Positions 62,441 through 64,000 of a stretch of 64,000 bases of DNA are shown one piece after another. Origin of the DNA: Felis catus. Lineage: Eukaryota. Under the pieces are notes generated by a model. The model had not been told where the DNA came from. It worked only from the letters and a program-made list of their open reading frames with translations, and made no database searches. Both the position numbers and the translations under genes were made by a program. Position 1 is the stretch's first letter; each line of letters starts with the position of its first letter. The DNA is taken from contig NC_058368.1 in assembly GCF_018350175.1 (NCBI RefSeq), positions 129,396,001 to 129,460,000 on the forward strand, given 5' to 3'.

Positions 62441-64000
62441 CCCTTCCCGCCAAGCCCCCCTCCCCCAATGATTGAATGAAAAAAAAAAAATGAATAGCAG
62501 CAGGAACCAAAAAATCCGGGTCTGGTGAATCCAAAATTCTGTTTTGCTGATGGCTAAAGCAAATTCATTAAATCCAGTACATTTTCCTTATGTATTAAAA
62601 TAACATTTGCAATCTGCATGGGGCCCTTCTTTCTGCTAACGCATGGCAATTATATTTTTACACTGCAACTGCAAATCTGGTTTTTAGTTTTCCCGTTTTG
62701 TTTTCATAAGCATAGTTTTACAGCCAATTGTTAACGGATTAACAACTTTGGGTGAAATCCATCAGTCTGCTCTGGTTTACCTCCATGGCTGGGAGTCTGT
62801 TGACAAGGACAGAGCACAGAGGAGCTGGCTCTGACTTGAATAGACCAAATGGAGCATTAGTTCCCCTCGTAAACATTCACTGGTCCTCTGCTATGTTCCA
62901 GACACTGTGCCATGCGTTCCGGACTCTGCCTCCTCAGCAGCACGGAGTCTATCTTAATCTTCTGGGCTCCCAGAATATAAAGAAATCCCCATCATGAAAT
63001 AAACACATCTAAACAGCAAAATATTTAGTTTCAGAAATACAGCCAATTGGATATGTCCCAAGTTTCTCCATCTATCTATCTTTGTATCCATTGATCCATA
63101 CATACATCCATACCTCTTAACAGTTTCTAAGCAATTATATCTCAATAGCAGTACTTTGAGATAACCAACAAAATGGTAATATCTGAAACCCATTCTCTCC
63201 TGAACTTTTTTCTATAACCTACAGCTATCAAGCAAGTCCCTCAAGAGCTGCAGTCATTTGAAAGGTGAGGATTGCTAACCCTCAGGGTTTAACCCTCTGC
63301 CCCATCCACACAGCGGCGCTGCGGTTTCTGGGGCACCAGAACATGACAAAACCATTCACATTTAGTTTTGCCCTGAATGGGAGGGATGTACAGAGAAAGC
63401 CCAAGTGTATAAACATAGCAGGTGTACATTCTTGTAGTTTAAATGAAGTAAAAAGGCAGAACGTATTCAAAGAAAGCAGACACAAAGACTTACACAAAAT
63501 ACAAAGTCACAATCTCCTTGCCCCCATTACCCCTCCTCCGTGCAAAGGCCAGTCACCGTCATCACACAGAAGAAGGTGGGAAAGAGTTAAGTAACAAAAG
63601 CCGCTGAGGAGGCAGGAGGCAGATCTAAATCCAGCTGCAGAAGCCGAAGGATAAGGATGCCAGTGGAAGGTGCAGAAAGACCCCAGGAGCCACATTACAG
63701 AGTGGATTGCAGAAAGCAGCCATAGAGGACTGAACTTCTGAGTGATCCGGAAGAGAGAAACACAACTTTGCTTTCTGTCCATAAAATCCCTCACCCTGTA
63801 ACCACGGCTAGAGTTTTGCAGGAGGAAGCATTCTCAGACAATGGCATTTTGGAGGAGGCATTTTGCCCAAGGCATCAGCAGAATACATTTGTCATCTGAA
63901 GGCAACACATGGAGAACTGTACCTCCAGCTTTTCTGCGTTGCACAGAATTATGCTGTCACCAAGAGGAACACACAAAGCTAGAAAGAGAAATGCAAACGA

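Overview
Mammalian genomic DNA, almost certainly from a feliform carnivore (cat-like), because it carries 12 tRNA-derived Can-SINEs, most with the SINEC_Fc-type body. The window is repeat-rich and non-coding, i.e. intergenic or the inside of a large intron. I could not recognise any protein-coding exon, RNA gene or CRISPR array. The ORF-track entries are short and mostly overlap SINEs, L1s or microsatellites, or look like random open frames. Repeats recognised by eye: L1 fragments of several ages, L2, MIR, a CR1/L3 reverse-transcriptase fossil, MaLR/ERVL/ERV1 LTRs (including LTR16 with ERVL internal sequence), hAT and TcMar MITEs, and microsatellites. The most interesting non-repeat signals are a 21-nt candidate micro-exon (53640-53660), a small CpG-dense patch with ETS motifs (about 57790-58090), several homeobox/POU-motif-rich unique blocks that may be enhancers, a long Z-DNA-prone tract and a 101-nt polypurine tract. 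I found no evidence of a novel multi-gene system. Repeat family names come from my recall of consensus sequences and boundaries of old elements are approximate; both need RepeatMasker/Dfam confirmation.
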